NCBI RefSeq assembly: GCF_001194135.2
Contig: NC_068981.1
Coordinates: 116,765,468 to 116,829,467, forward strand
Direction: 5' to 3'
DNA: 64,000 nucleotides
Source of the DNA: Octopus bimaculoides
Lineage: Eukaryota
Of the stretch, positions 1 through 13,035 are shown in pieces. The notes beneath the pieces are model-generated. The model was not told the origin of the DNA. It worked only from the letters and a program-made list of their open reading frames with translations, and made no database searches. Numbering within the stretch: position 1 is the first letter of the stretch; each line of letters opens with the position of its first letter. Both the position numbers and the translations under genes were made by a program.

Positions 1-1271
1 AAAAAGAGGCATGAAAGGATTTGCTTTTGGCTGATGATCCTTCTCTCCTAACTTGTAATACCTGCACAATTTTATGAACTATCTTGCAGTTTTTGCAGTA
101 AGATCTGCAGAAGCAGATCTCCGTTGACAATGCACGTTGACAACCATCTTCTGGTAATATTAAGCTGTAAATATTCAGCTCCATATTACCAGCGAGTTTG
201 TGTGTTGTTAGTTATTAAGTAGTTTGGTGCCTGCGTGAATGTACTCTGTCAGTGGTGATTCTGAGAAGTCATACTCAATTAATGAAGCGAGAGCAAACAT
301 ATATATATATATATATATANNNNNNNNNNNNNNNNNNNNNNNNNNNNNNNNNNNNNNNNNNNNNNNNNNNNNNNNNNNNNNNNNNNNNNNNNNNNNNNNN
401 NNNNNNNNNNNNNNNNNNNNNNNNNNNNNNNNNNNNNNNNNNNNNNNNNNNNNNNNNNNNNNNNNNNNNNNNNNNNNNNNNNNNNNNNNNNNNNNNNNNN
501 NNNNNNNNNNNNNNNNNNNNNNNNNNNNNNNNNNNNNNNNNNNNNNNNNNNNNNNNNNNNNNNNNNNNNNNNNNNNNNNNNNNNNNNNNNNNNNNNNNNN
601 NNNNNNNNNNNNNNNNNNNNNNNNNNNNNNNNNNNNNNNNNNNNNNNNNNNNNNNNNNNNNNNNNNNNNNNNNNNNNNNNNNNNNNNNNNNNNNNNNNNN
701 NNNNNNNNNNNNNNNNNNNNNNNNNNNNNNNNNNNNNNNNNNNNNNNNNNNNNNNNNNNNNNNNNNNNNNNNNNNNNNNNNNNNNNNNNNNNNNNNNNNN
801 NNNNNNNNNNNNNNNNNNNNNNNNNNNNNNNNNNNNNNNNNNNNNNNNNNNNNNNNNNNNNNNNNNNNNNNNNNNNNNNNNNNNNNNNNNNNNNNNNNNN
901 NNNNNNNNNNNNNNNNNNNNNNNNNNNNNNNNNNNNNNNNNNNNNNNNNNNNNNNNNNNNNNNNTACCGTGGATGCCGTGAAACTGGATCAGCTAGTCAT
1001 TTTATACTGATGTTGCGACGATCTTACGACTGAGTGTATAAGAAAACAAAAGGTTGGGTGGTCTAAAATATTTCACTATTCAGCTGAGAGAGAAAGGTAA
1101 ATACAGGTGTCTTTTGTATGATATTTCCATAAGAATCTCTGGCTGGAACTACATATGAATTACTAGTTATGTACTTGTGTATGTGTGTATGTGCGTGGTG
1201 TGTTAGTAAGTGAATGTGTGTGTACAGACGCACCGAAATAAACATACATGCGTACATGTATATATATAAAG

Positions 1272-1319
<48 letters not shown>

Positions 1320-1321
1320 AG

Positions 1322-1535
1322 GTATAAAGGTCCAACAGACCTTTTTCAGCAGAAAATAATGAGAAACCTAAAAACTATGTTAAACTTATACAGAGAAGAG
1401 CTCACCGACAAGGAATACGCTTATATGACTAACTTCAAAAGTAAATCCAGTCAATTCTACGGTATTCCTAAGATACACAGAAGTGAGAAAATAAGTAACG
1501 CATGCAGGATAGCATAATAATCAAGGTCCCTACTC
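1322..1535 (+). mobile_element. Penelope-like retroelement RT fragment
   Basis: Translation YKGPTDLFQQKIMRNLKTMLNLYREELTDKEYAYMTNFKSKSSQFYGIPKIHRSEKISNAC contains the FYGxPKIH motif typical of the N-terminal part of PLE reverse transcriptases; (TA)n tracts on both sides. Confidence 0.7.
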
Positions 1536-1569
1536 CTACATATATATCTGTATATATATATGTATATGC

Positions 1570-1608
<39 letters not shown>

Positions 1609-1924
1609 TATATTATATATATGTATATATATAATATATCTGTATATATATATACATATGTGTGAGTATTATGTGTGTAGTGGGGGTCTGTGTGTATACA
1701 GATCAGTTTTAAGTCTGTTAGACGGATTTGTTCAAATTGTCTCTGCATGTATATATTTTCAAAGCTTGCAGTTTTTAAGTCTTTTTCAATGAAAGTAAAT
1801 TTTTGTAGCAATACTGAATCAATAGAAACAATTGGCAAGTATCTGAGCTATAATTATATGTGTATTCTTATGTATTATGATTTTATTTTTATGACGTTTT
1901 CTAAAAATTATTCCGTGTAAAATT

Positions 1925-2260
1925 AAAAAAAGGACTCTTTCGGTCATGAATGCCATGGAAAGGCACCTAGAATTTTACCCTCCGAAGCACAACCCGGGCA
2001 AAGTTTACGGAAGACCAACAATCATGCATGCATATCAGCCTCTCCACTCCAAGCCACTGATGTTGTCCAAGGGAAGGGCAAAGAGCAATACAACTTGGTA
2101 CTAGTGACGTTGCAGCTCATTTCTACAACTGAGTGAACTGGAGAAACTTGAAATACAGTGTCCTGCCCAAGAAAACAACACATAGCCCAGTCCGGTTATC
2201 AAACTCACTACCTCATGATTTTGAGTCCGAAATTCTAACCACTGGGCCATATGCCTTCAC
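1925..2260 (-). mobile_element. tRNA-derived SINE (family D, tail type 1)
   Basis: Minus strand starts gtgaaggcatatggcccagtggttagaat (A-box-like), then a degenerate B-box region, the central block ttcttgggcaggacactgtatttcaagtttctccagttcactcagttg, and a T-rich end. Confidence 0.65.
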
Positions 2261-3073
2261 CGTGTAGAATAAATGAACTATATTTACAAATAAGGTACAG
2301 TCACATCTGTGCAGTTACATATTTCGCGTCACAACCACGTAGTATCTGAGCAGTCTCACAGCGTGAGTGCTTGGCGAAGCAACTTCCAGTATAGACACCG
2401 ACGAATACATTGTGAGAAAACTATTTTGGTAGAGGAAATATGTACGTACATACATACATACATACATAATAGGTAAACACATACACATGTAAGTATATTC
2501 ATACACATACACAAATAAAGTACTACGTGTATTTTCGGATGTTTGCGTCTACATATAAGAGTGAAGTACCTTTTTGTCTATGATCTATATACGCAGTATA
2601 ATATAGTTAGATATATTTACCCATGTCTAAGCGTGTTTTCCTACGTATACATTCTATTATATGTTCCTATTATATCGTCTTTTGTTGTTTTTGTTATCTG
2701 TAAAAAAATATTGTTATATCATTGTACAGCATAATCACTTCTAGCTTGCAAGTACGGCAATAAGAATTCGGTAGCATGGAGCACCTAGCTATCTATGTGG
2801 AATGCCGATTATCTCTCAAATATGTTGATATGCATATAGACACATGAAAATTCAAATGATGCACATATACATACCTAATTCCCCAAACTGACGCATTCGT
2901 AGAAACGCACAAAAATATATTGTGACTACTTTAATAACAAAAAGCAAACCATCAATCCATGTTCAAGGTAAGTTTACGTAGGAATGCATGTTTTCATTAA
3001 AACATGTTCAAAGCGAAATATATTCCTGGCGTACACATGATTTAGCACACACACGCATACACACACACACACA

Positions 3074-3142
<69 letters not shown>

Positions 3143-3489
3143 ATTAGCAAGAATAGTAATGAGAGTGACTTTTGAAATTTCATCCTGCTAAACCACCATC
3201 AAACTGTCCGGTGACGGATTAGCTGGCTGTAACTACGAAGTTACTGTCAATACTATTCTTGTTAGAGAATAATATTTTTTTTTCTTTTCCAAATGTATTG
3301 AGTAATCCTTCAATTTAACCAATTTAATGTAAAGTTGTTTTTATCATAATTTATAAACAAACATTAATATACATATGTACACAGTCATAATAGAAGTAAA
3401 TAGACACCTTTATAATCGTTAAAATTTATTTAAATCTGAAATCATACATTTAAATCATTTACTAACTATTATAAGGCGAATATCTAATA

Positions 3490-3835
3490 TTAAGTAGGCA
3501 TATCCTTTGTATTTTTCAATATGAGGACCCTACTCGGCATGCTACTGATCAGATGACAAATATTCTCTTCAGGAATTTCTTGCCAAGTTTCATGCAGTAA
3601 TCTCAAAAGATCTGGCTTTGAGGATGCTTTCTTCTTCTTTTTACGAAGTGTCCTGTCCCTTATGCTCCAAAGGGAATCCTGTTCATTTTGCCCCAAGGTG
3701 TTCAGTAGGGTTCATATCTGATTTGGCCATGGGAGTTTTTTAATGCCATTCTCTTCCACCAATCATGGGTCTTTTTAGCCGTGTGACAAGGAACCCCATC
3801 TTCCATAAACAAAGAGTCTTTTTTAATCATTTCAC
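3490..3835 (-). mobile_element. Tc1-like (DD34E) transposase C-terminal fragment, decayed
   Basis: Minus translation FMEDGVPCHTAKKT...DMNPTEH...LWSIRDRTLRK...WQEIPEENICHLISSMPSRV matches the Tc1 DG(A)PCH, SPDxNPIE and C-terminal SMPxR pattern, with indels. Confidence 0.85.
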
Positions 3836-4394
3836 CATCGGAGACGATTCAATTTTCACCCTTATTATTTAAATTTAAATAACTATGTTCTCTAACTGGC
3901 AAAATTCACTGCAGAGAATTATTTTCTGCAGAATTATTTCCGGGATTTTGGCGCGCCAAAACGAAGACTTTTAATATATAACCCCCAAATGTAATTGGTA
4001 GAGCTATATGCAAGTTCAATCTCATGCGGACGTCTCGTGTATAGTTCTGCAAATTATATTTTGCTATGACGATCACACTGAAGAATTGCGGACATTTACG
4101 TGAGTATTACGTAAGTGGTAACAATGAAACCGAGTACGTGATTAATCTTTATATTTTGTATCTTTTCATTTGTCTTGCTCGCTTACGTTCTGACATTTGC
4201 TGAATTTTCTTCTTGAGAACAATCTTTTCTTGTTGGTCGGACCATATGGGGTCTACATCTAGTATAATGGATGTCCACTTACTGGTCATCCCTCTTATAT
4301 GTAATATAATTTTTCTGAATCTTCAGATTTTTCAATATGCTAGACCACTGGTTTTAAATTGATATTAATCAAATTAATATTCAATTTTTCAGTC

Positions 4395-4470
4395 GAGGAC
4401 ACTTGCCTAAGGTGCCACGCTGTGAGACTGAACCCAGAACCATGTGGTTGGAAGCAATTATCTTACCACA
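4395..4470 (-). mobile_element. SINE family A 5' head fragment
   Basis: Minus tgtggtaagataattgcttccaaccacatggttctgggttcagtctcacagcgtggcaccttaggcaagtgtc, homologous to 4581-4960 and 6795-7125. Confidence 0.8.
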
Positions 4471-4495
4471 TATCCACGCCTGTGTATATACATTA

Positions 4496-4541
<46 letters not shown>

Positions 4542-4580
4542 AAACACACACACACACACACACATTTACATATCCTTTTA

Positions 4581-4960
4581 ATCTTTTGCATGTTTCAGTC
4601 ACTTGACTGCGGCCTTGCTAGAACACCACCTTAAAGAGGTTTTTAGTAAAAGAAATGGACCCCAGGACTTATTTTTGCAAGCCTAATACTTATTCTATCG
4701 GTCTCTATTGCGAAACCGCTAATGAGGATGTAAACACACCAACATCGGTTTTCAAGTGATGGTGGGGGACAAAGACAGACACAAAGACACACACACCCAC
4801 ACACACGCATACATATATACAACAGGCTTCTTTCAGTTTCCATCTACCAACTCCACTCAAAAGGCTGTCGTCGGCCCGAGGCTATACTAGAAAGCATTTG
4901 GTGAAGGTGCTACGCAGTGGGACTGAACCCGGAACCATGTGGTTGGGAAGTCACACTTGC
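4581..4960 (-). mobile_element. SINE family A, near full length (tRNA head, CORE-like block, internal (CA)n, conserved tail; possibly octopus OR-type)
   Basis: Head ...ggttccgggttcagtcccactgcgtagcacc, internal microsatellite, and tail ggccgcagtcaagtgactgaaacatgcaaaag shared with about 10 copies in this window. Confidence 0.85.
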
Positions 4961-5572
4961 GTGTATATGTGTATATATATATATATANNNNNNNNNNNNN
5001 NNNNNNNNNNNNNNNNNNNNNNNNNNNNNNNNNNNNNNNNNNNNNNNNNNNNNNNNNNNNNNNNNNNNNNNNNNNNNNNNNNNNNNNNNNNNNNNNNNNN
5101 NNNNNNNNNNNNNNNNNNNNNNNNNNNNNNNNNNNNNNNNNNNNNNNNNNNNNNNNNNNNNNNNNNNNNNNNNNNNNNNNNNNNNNNNNNNNNNNNNNNN
5201 NNNNNNNNNNNNNNNNNNNNNNNNNNNNNNNNNNNNNNNNNNNNNNNNNNNNNNNNNNNNNNNNNNNNNNNNNNNNNNNNNNNNNNNNNNNNNNNNNNNN
5301 NNNNNNNNNNNNNNNNNNNNNNNNNNNNNNNNNNNNNNNNNNNNNNNNNNNNNNNNNNNNNNNNNNNNNNNNNNNNNNNNNNNNNNNNNNNNNNNNNNNN
5401 NNNNNNNNNNNNNNNNNNNNNNNNNNNNNNNNNNNNNNNNNNNNNNNNNNNNNNNNNNNNNNNNNNNNNNNNNNNNNNNNNNNNNNNNNNNNNNNNNNNN
5501 NNNNNNNNNNNNNNNNNNNNNNNNNNNNNNNNNNNNNNNNNNNNNNNNNNNNNNNNNNNNNNNNNNNNNNNN

Positions 5573-5626
<54 letters not shown>

Positions 5627-5979
5627 AAATATACACACAATTGCAGACATATACATAAATGTGTGTGTAATCGATGAATCACCCCTTATCAGTCAGTGTT
5701 GCAAACACATTCGGCGTTCCAAGCCCTCTGTGACTGAATCATTTTCTGAAAGCCTGAAGGATCGCATACTTATATGCAATGATTCACCATTGACTTTTAG
5801 TAAATAATTCAAATATATTTGCTACATGCATTGAGTATTCTTTCCGTCTCTCATTGCTGAACGGACATCTATCTGTCTACAAGTATGTATGGATGTATTT
5901 ATATGCACATGCACATATACATGAAATCTGTTGTATATGACGACCTCATTTTTATAATTTAATTATTTCAAGCACATTG

Positions 5980-6188
5980 TGGCGACGAACTGGGAGAATC
6001 CTTCGCACACCAGGCATAATGCTAAGCGATATTTCATTCGTCTTTATATTCTGAGTTCAAATTCTGTCGGGGTCGACTTTGCCTTTCATCCTTTCGGGTC
6101 GATAAAATAAGTACCAGTTTAACACTTAGATCGATTTAATCGACTTAGCCCCTCCCCCAAACCAACTTGTGCCAACATATGAAACCAT
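5980..6188 (+). mobile_element. SINE family B (tRNA head plus Nin/Deu-like central domain)
   Basis: ggcgacgaactgggagaat (A box), gagttcaaattc (B box), gtcgactttgcctttcatcctttcgggtcgataaaataagtaccag central block. Confidence 0.85.
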
Positions 6189-6794
6189 TATTTCAAACAT
6201 ATTGAAAATTATATTTACATTACGACTACATAAACGACTATATAATAAATACGCGCCCATATCCTTAGACGCTCATGCACACCAACGTAGTTCAAATCGT
6301 TGTTATACTCTTGTTTGCTATTTGTGGTTATCGAATCATTTTGTGAAACTGCTATGTTATGGGATATAACAACAACACCTTTGCCACTGATTCTTAAGCT
6401 ACCTAAACGTAAGCATAGACATGGACTCACATCCTTGCAAATTAATATACCACATTTTAACGATCATACTACGTTACGATTAAGTATTTACATGCCCGAC
6501 GCTAAGGGGGTGCACTATTCAGTGGTGTACCCTCAGATTTATTGACGCTTATTTCGAAACTCCACTTTAGCATAATTACAAATAAGTACCCACTCTGAAT
6601 ATTCTAAAGCTTCTCCAGACACGAAATCCGGCTGACGTGCCTGAGTATATAAAGGTTGAAATAGTGTTGTAATGTACAAGATGAAAGAAAAGAAAATGTT
6701 AGATTTGAACATAAAATGTAGTAAAATTACATAAAAATTTTGACGAAACTAATAAGGAGATAAATTCATGTGAAATTTGTGTTACTTGGAGCAG

Positions 6795-7125
6795 ACATGA
6801 CTGTGTGGTAAGAAGCTTGCTTCCCGACCATATGGTTCTGGATGAGTCTCACTGCGTGGCATCTGTAGATAGAAATTGAAGAAACCAGTCCATCGTGTGC
6901 GCGTGCGCACGCGCGTGTGTCTGTCTGTGTGCGTGTGTGTTTGTCCCACTCAACCCTTGACATCTGGTGTTGGTGTGTTTACGTCTCCGTAATTTGGCGG
7001 TTCGGCAAAAGATCCTGATAGAGTAAGTAGCAGTCTTTGGGTCAATTCATTCGCCTAAATATTCCTCAAGCCGGTGCGACAGCATGGCCGCATTCTAATG
7101 ACTGAAACAAGTAAAAAAAGACAAA
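6795..7125 (+). mobile_element. SINE family A, near full length
   Basis: tgtggtaagaagcttgcttcccgaccatatggttc head, internal GT/GC repeat, tail cagcatggccgcattctaatgactgaaacaagtaaaa. Confidence 0.85.
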
Positions 7126-8000
7126 AGAAAGAAACCAATAGAGAATTACGAAAGAACACCAAGACTAATGAATCTTGCTCCGTATCATTTCATGACATGT
7201 AATGCATACAACGTAAATATATAACTATAGCTTACTTTTATAGACGTGACATTCGCTATCTGTCCATTTTTTTTTCTTTGCTAAAGTGATTCCTTCAAAT
7301 GTGAAACGGTTAAGAACTGAGCAAAGCATCGCTTGTCTACTATTAGTGATGCATTATCTTCTTTGCAAACATGCGCTGTATATGGAGTAATTACATGCCG
7401 TTGATTTACTTTGGATTTCTTCATTTTTAGCCGTCACATTTTCTTTAGCTTTAGTTGTGATCTAAAATAGCATCAAAATACTATATAAACTGTCGTTTAT
7501 ATATGAAATTAAATCTTATGATCGTGTTCCTTTTTTGTATATATTTATTTGCGTGACTGTTCGCTAGATGTGTATGTTTTTTCACACGTCTCTTTGTGAA
7601 TGCATATAAGAACTGTGCTCATTATGTATCTATAAACAACAGAGTGCTGAAAAGATCCTGACCGTGGGTAAAAGAAAATCCGGGAAGATCAGTTAATTAT
7701 GATTTTATTCAACATACTCCACTCTTAGATTCACGCACTTATTGCATCGGTTCATCAGTCTTTATAAGCTCTATAAAAGAACTTGGATGTTTGGGCCTGT
7801 CACGACACCTTTAAATGCCAGCAAATTTTCAGCATTCTGCGGTATATATCTGTTTGTATAGATATATGTGTGTGTGTGTGTGTGTTTCTGTGTGCGCGCG
7901 TGTGTATGGTGTGTGCATGTCTGCGTGTGTGTGTGTATATGAATATATATATTTATATGTACGTATAAATATCATATGTATTTATGTATCTATCTATCTA

Positions 8001-8074
<74 letters not shown>

Positions 8075-8598
8075 AACGGTTTAGTCTACTTTGAACTTTT
8101 AGACCCAAACCAAAAGACAACAAAGGAGTCTATTTCGAGCCACTTGACCAGCTTCATTTAGCGCTAGAAGAAAAACGACCACGTTTGGCTTCAAAACGAA
8201 AGGTATTTTTCCATCAGGATAATATGCTCGGACATATACAGTGAGGATAGTATTCCAAAACTGGAACAGTTTGGATGGGGAATGATGCCCCGTCCACCAT
8301 ATTTGCCGGAAATTGCCCCATCTGATTATCATTTATTCCGCAGTCTTCAAAATAATTTGGACGGAAAAAATATGAATCCTGTAGACGAGGTTAGAACAGT
8401 ACTGGAGGGATAATTTTCGTCACGGACAAGTGAATTTTGGAAGATGGATCTTGCAAGTCTACCAGACAGATGAAAGAGCATTGTAGAAAATGGAGGAGAG
8501 TATATTTTAGATGAAAAAAGAACTTATCTTAATTTTTAAAAACTTATTTTGGAAATAAAAGAGGTATAAAAATCGTTTTATTTATGGGTTGACCCAAT
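8075..8598 (+). mobile_element. mariner (DD34D) transposase 3' half with right TIR, decayed
   Basis: GLVYFELLDPNQ...FFHQDN...PPYLPEIAPSDYHLFRSLQNNLDGK motifs across frameshifts; ends in ...tttatgggttgacccaa followed by TA. Confidence 0.9.
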
Positions 8599-9079
8599 AT
8601 ATTCGTAAATGTCGAACAATGAGAATGTGTGCTCAACACCACTTTAGTGCATTAAGACTACCATTGTTTTCATGCTAAGAAAAAATCCTAATATCTTAAC
8701 TATTTTTCAAACCAATCATATGGAAGAATGCGGTTCGTCTCCATTTTGGATAAATACGCGAAAAATCTCGGGAATTTCCAAAAGTCGTTGCATATGTATT
8801 CATATAGAGGTATGCGTTTTGAATATAGTTATATATGTAAATAGTAAATATACATGTATATGCGCGTATATATGTGCGCATATATCTGTATTCTCATTTT
8901 TAATTATGCGTATGCACACACAATATCTATCTATCTATATACACACACTTAAAATGAGCATTTGGATATATAAAAACCCTCACTGACATACCTCATATAT
9001 ACAGAAAATATAAGACGTGATGGTACTTTTTCCCTAATTATATTTCTCGCACTCGCCCTTAGCCCTTTCATAATTAATC

Positions 9080-9720
9080 TAAAATATCCGGCAGTTGGAT
9101 AATCATAATAATTTTAATACCATTATTTTGACTGTGGTTGTCAGCAGCAGCAGCAGAAGCACCACCACCACCACCACCACCACTACCACGACCACCACCA
9201 TCACCATCGCTATCGTTAACATCACTGTCGTCGTCGTCATCATCATCTTCATCATCCTTCTTTTTACCAAGGTAACTTTTGTGAAGTGCTCTTCTGCTAT
9301 TTACTTTTTATTTTTGTTTTGTATTACTGTTGTTGTTCATTCTGCTGCTCCTTCTGCTCCTTCTGCTCCCACTTCCACTTCTGCTTTTGCTGTTATCCCT
9401 ACCGCGTTTCTGCTGGTGTAATTTATATTATTATTGATTTTACATTTAGATTTCTTTTTGTCTTGATAGTTACACTCCCAGATATTATTTTGTTTACATT
9501 TTATCTACGTTGTTCTTGGTGTCATTGTCTTGGTCAGCACCACCATTATAAATTTTGGATTTGTTGATGATATTTATAGTATAATTATTAAATCTGTGCA
9601 TCTATGTATTGTTGTTCATGTTGCTGTTATTACTGTTATAGTAGTCGAAACGAATTTGTTCTCGTTGTTCTTGCTGTTGTTGTTGTTGTTGTCATCTAAA
9701 TACAACACAAGTTCGTAGTT
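9080..9720. repeat. Degenerate mixed trinucleotide low-complexity block (CAC/CAT/GCT/GTT)
   Basis: Runs of (cac)n, (gtc)n, (cat)n and (gtt)n; no continuous frame spans the block. Confidence 0.7.
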
Positions 9721-11744
9721 TCATTATACCCCTCAGCCTCGAAATCTAAATTCCTTCAACCATCACTCAATCTCTGATCTTAATATTTTGCTATCTAAAT
9801 GTTTTTCTTTTACATTCAAAACATTTTTATTTTCCATATTTTTTTATTTTTTTATTTTTTTAACATCATTTTTTATATTTAAAATTTTTATTCATTATTT
9901 TATTTATTTCTTATTTTCACTTCATCATAATTTTTGTTTTTCTCTCTACATGTATTTAATCCAATTATTTTACTCGTCCCTATTAAAATTCTCAAAAAAA
10001 AAAAAATTAAGAAATAAATAATGAAATATATTACGAAGCTCTGAACGAAATACAAAACAAATATGTTTTAAAATACAAAAAATAAAATCCGAAAATCTAA
10101 AATTTTAAAAACTAATAGCGTAAAACAATGACATACCTACGTAAAACAGATGAAAATAAAATTAAATATAAAATAACAAGACTATGTAGATTGTGACAAT
10201 ATCCTAATTTTCTTGTTCCGTTACAGTCATTAAAACCCTTTCCAAACTCCTCGAAAGAGACTCTGTAGAACTCTCGATGTTTCTCTCTTGATAACTGATT
10301 CTAACACTTATGCATCATTCAAATTTTTGCTAATCCTTCACGTTTTCTCCAAATTTCATTTTTCAGTAATTTTCGTTTATTTTTGTTTTTAAGTTCACTT
10401 ACAGTCTTCCCGCTTTACGCATCAACTCTGTACACTAAATAATTTTTACCATTCCCTATATTTTTTTATTTATTTATGAGAGTTCCAACCCCAACCGCTA
10501 CTATTCTCTATACGTGTATGAACGTATGTTTTGTTTTTTAATTATCTATTTTTTTCTTTTACAGTCACATTATGGTATATTTGTCAGCAGAAGTCATTCT
10601 TAGACATTTATTTCCCCACCAACTCGAACCAAAACAGTTCTCCTCAGATTTCATTCCTTTTCTTACTTCTCTACCGAAGATATCGTTACAAGTACTTATT
10701 CAGGATATGGGTGGATTAGTTAATTAGATAGTGAATGGGTAATTTAATTTTGAAGAATCTTCTAAATGTATTCATTTTACAAAATTATTGGGTTATTCTA
10801 TTGATTTAAATTTTAAATTTAAACGTTTTTATCTTGTGAATTAATTGTTAACGAGACATAATGTGAGTTAAGATTTTAACTATAGTTCGAATATTCTTTC
10901 TGTTTTGTCTCACTGCATTGCTCTCCCACGTATCTGTTCCCACACCACTTCTATTTCCCTCACTCATTCACTCACTCGCTCACTCAATCTCTTTCTTAGA
11001 CACACCGCCCCGGGCTGAAATCAATCTTAAACACATTTTCACAGTCACTCTCTACTTGATTCTCTGTATCTCTTCCTCTGCAAGTGTGGCTGGCAAGGTG
11101 AGACGGCTATAACTCTTTTACATTCAAGCTTTCTAAAGGGATTTAATGACGTAATATCATTGAGTGTTTTTTGATCCTGTGCATTATTAGTAAAACAATG
11201 TTATTTTAACCTACTGATGTGATATTATCAATTGAATTGATCGTAGTGCTTGTCTTCAACTAATATTTTCAATCATTGTAGGAAGACACTCATAAGAATT
11301 AATGCCAAAATTCATATGTACGTGTATACATATCAACACAATAAATTTTCATATCTAGTCCACTACTAGTAGATAGTCAGATCGTGTCAATTAATTATAC
11401 TTGTCTCTCTGCAAAAGGTTTATTTCTAGAGGGCAGAAATTATAAAGAAATTATGCAAGTATGAAAATTTAAAAAAAATAATTATTGACATAAATTGGTA
11501 TAATACTAGGTTTAAATAACTTTCAGTTAAGAATTTTATTCTTCTGATTTATTAATTTATATCTCTTTAACATTTCTATTACTATTTGTGTGATAAAATA
11601 AGGATCGGTAATAGGTTACCAATTCAGTTTACTGTTACTGTAGCAACAATCAATTCAATTTATTATAACATTCCCTTCTGAATATTGGACCTTGTAATTC
11701 TCAAACGAAACCGTTATTATTTGGACTGGCAGATTTCGAGAACG

Positions 11745-11875
11745 TTTGGATGAAATCTCCAGCAGCGTTTAATTAGATCATTTTAGGTTCTGCATTCAAA
11801 TTTCACCTAAATCAACTTTCCTTTCATTACTCTCTGGCAACAATAAAATACAGTCCACCACTTTGCTATGAGAAT
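11745..11875 (+). mobile_element. SINE family B, highly degenerate
   Basis: ctggcagatttcgagaacg...ttctgcattcaaatttcacctaaatcaactttcctttcat resembles the family B head and central block. Confidence 0.5.
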
Positions 11876-12239
11876 TAACTTTTTGGGTGCAAAGGAGAGA
11901 GAAGGAAGAAATAGAAATTAAACGCGAGAGAGTAAGAGCGACTATTATTACGAATTCCCTACAAACATAAATACATATGTAATATGCGAATCACTATCCA
12001 ATGATATGTCTCTTCACTAAAGTAGGTTGAAAAGATACTAGTAATAGTTACAATAGACGAGTAACTATATTTTTATTCATGAATCAGTCGTGATTCAGAC
12101 TATGAAATTAACTTACAATGGACCGTTCTTCCCAACAACTTCGATTCTGTTTGAAACTATTATACTTGTTATGCTAATGCCCAGGAAGAAATCATAAACG
12201 GTAAGACTACAATAGATGATATCTGAGGTAATGGCGGAA

Positions 12240-12440
12240 CCTCAGTGTGGTTGATTGACCAGCTAGATATAGTAGCCATATCTCTAGCAAAATGTACAAT
12301 TTTACTACGGTGGGACACAATAGATAATTCAGTAAGAAGCCCCAACTCCCTCCTGAAACGATGCTAGGGTCATGGTTGGAATGATTTTTAGTATAGTCTA
12401 TCTACTTGATTATAGTTAACGTGGATTTAAACAACAGCAG
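12240..12440 (+). mobile_element. Unclassified old SINE-like repeat (family E, (AAC)n tail)
   Basis: gtgtggttgattgaccagctagatatagtagccatatctc...ggtcatggttggaatg...taaacaacag; related segments at about 16565-16655, 20250-20400, 30265-30340 (minus) and 36340-36530. Confidence 0.5.
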
Positions 12441-12519
12441 TAATTAAACTCATCAGACATTTCTATTTATTTAAATTTATGAAAAATCTCTTTTGCAATA
12501 TTCTTTTATCTCTCATGAA

Positions 12520-12660
12520 GGCGGCGTTAGCAAGCCGGGCAAAGATGTTACTTTTGATCCTTTCGGGATCGATAGAATAAGTACCAGTTGAACACTGGGA
12601 TCAATACAATTGACTGAACCCCCTCAAATTTTGCTGTCCTTGCGTCAAAGTTTGCAAACA
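12520..12660 (+). mobile_element. SINE family B, internally deleted
   Basis: aaggcggcg head joined to ttttgatcctttcgggatcgatagaataagtaccagttgaacactggg. Confidence 0.75.
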
Positions 12661-13035
12661 ATATATTTTTTTCTCTCATTCATTAACTGTTACCAGTCAC
12701 TGAACTGCAATTATGTGCATTCAAAGAATTTCTAAGATGATTATAGCGAACAAATGACACATTTCAGTTTGGTACATATTTTATCAAACTAGGCCAAATA
12801 TTACATTTTGCCACAGCATCGATTACTTTCGACAGGTGGTTTATCTCAAACGCGTAATCGCAAGCACAGATATAGGTACTTACATAGAGCTACACCCACA
12901 TATACATGCATATATCCATCCAAAGATGTTATATCTATGCATGTAATTAAGTATATGTGCATTAAGTACATCGCGGTTCACTATCGCGCACTCAGTACAT
13001 TACAAATTTTTCTGGCTAATATATGTAAATTTATA

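Noticed and set aside
12-45. GAAA...CTGATGA resembling a hammerhead ribozyme core
   Set aside because: Only 14 nt separate the motifs, too few for stems III and I
5660-5760. Minus frame LSENDSVTEGLERRMCLQH*LIRGDSS loosely like a Mutator-type transposase GDGDSS region
   Set aside because: Too short, contains a stop, and similarity is only impressionistic
9095-9720. Acidic/Gly-rich minus-strand peptide (DDEDDDD..GGGG)
   Set aside because: Frames break repeatedly; typical degenerate trinucleotide DNA
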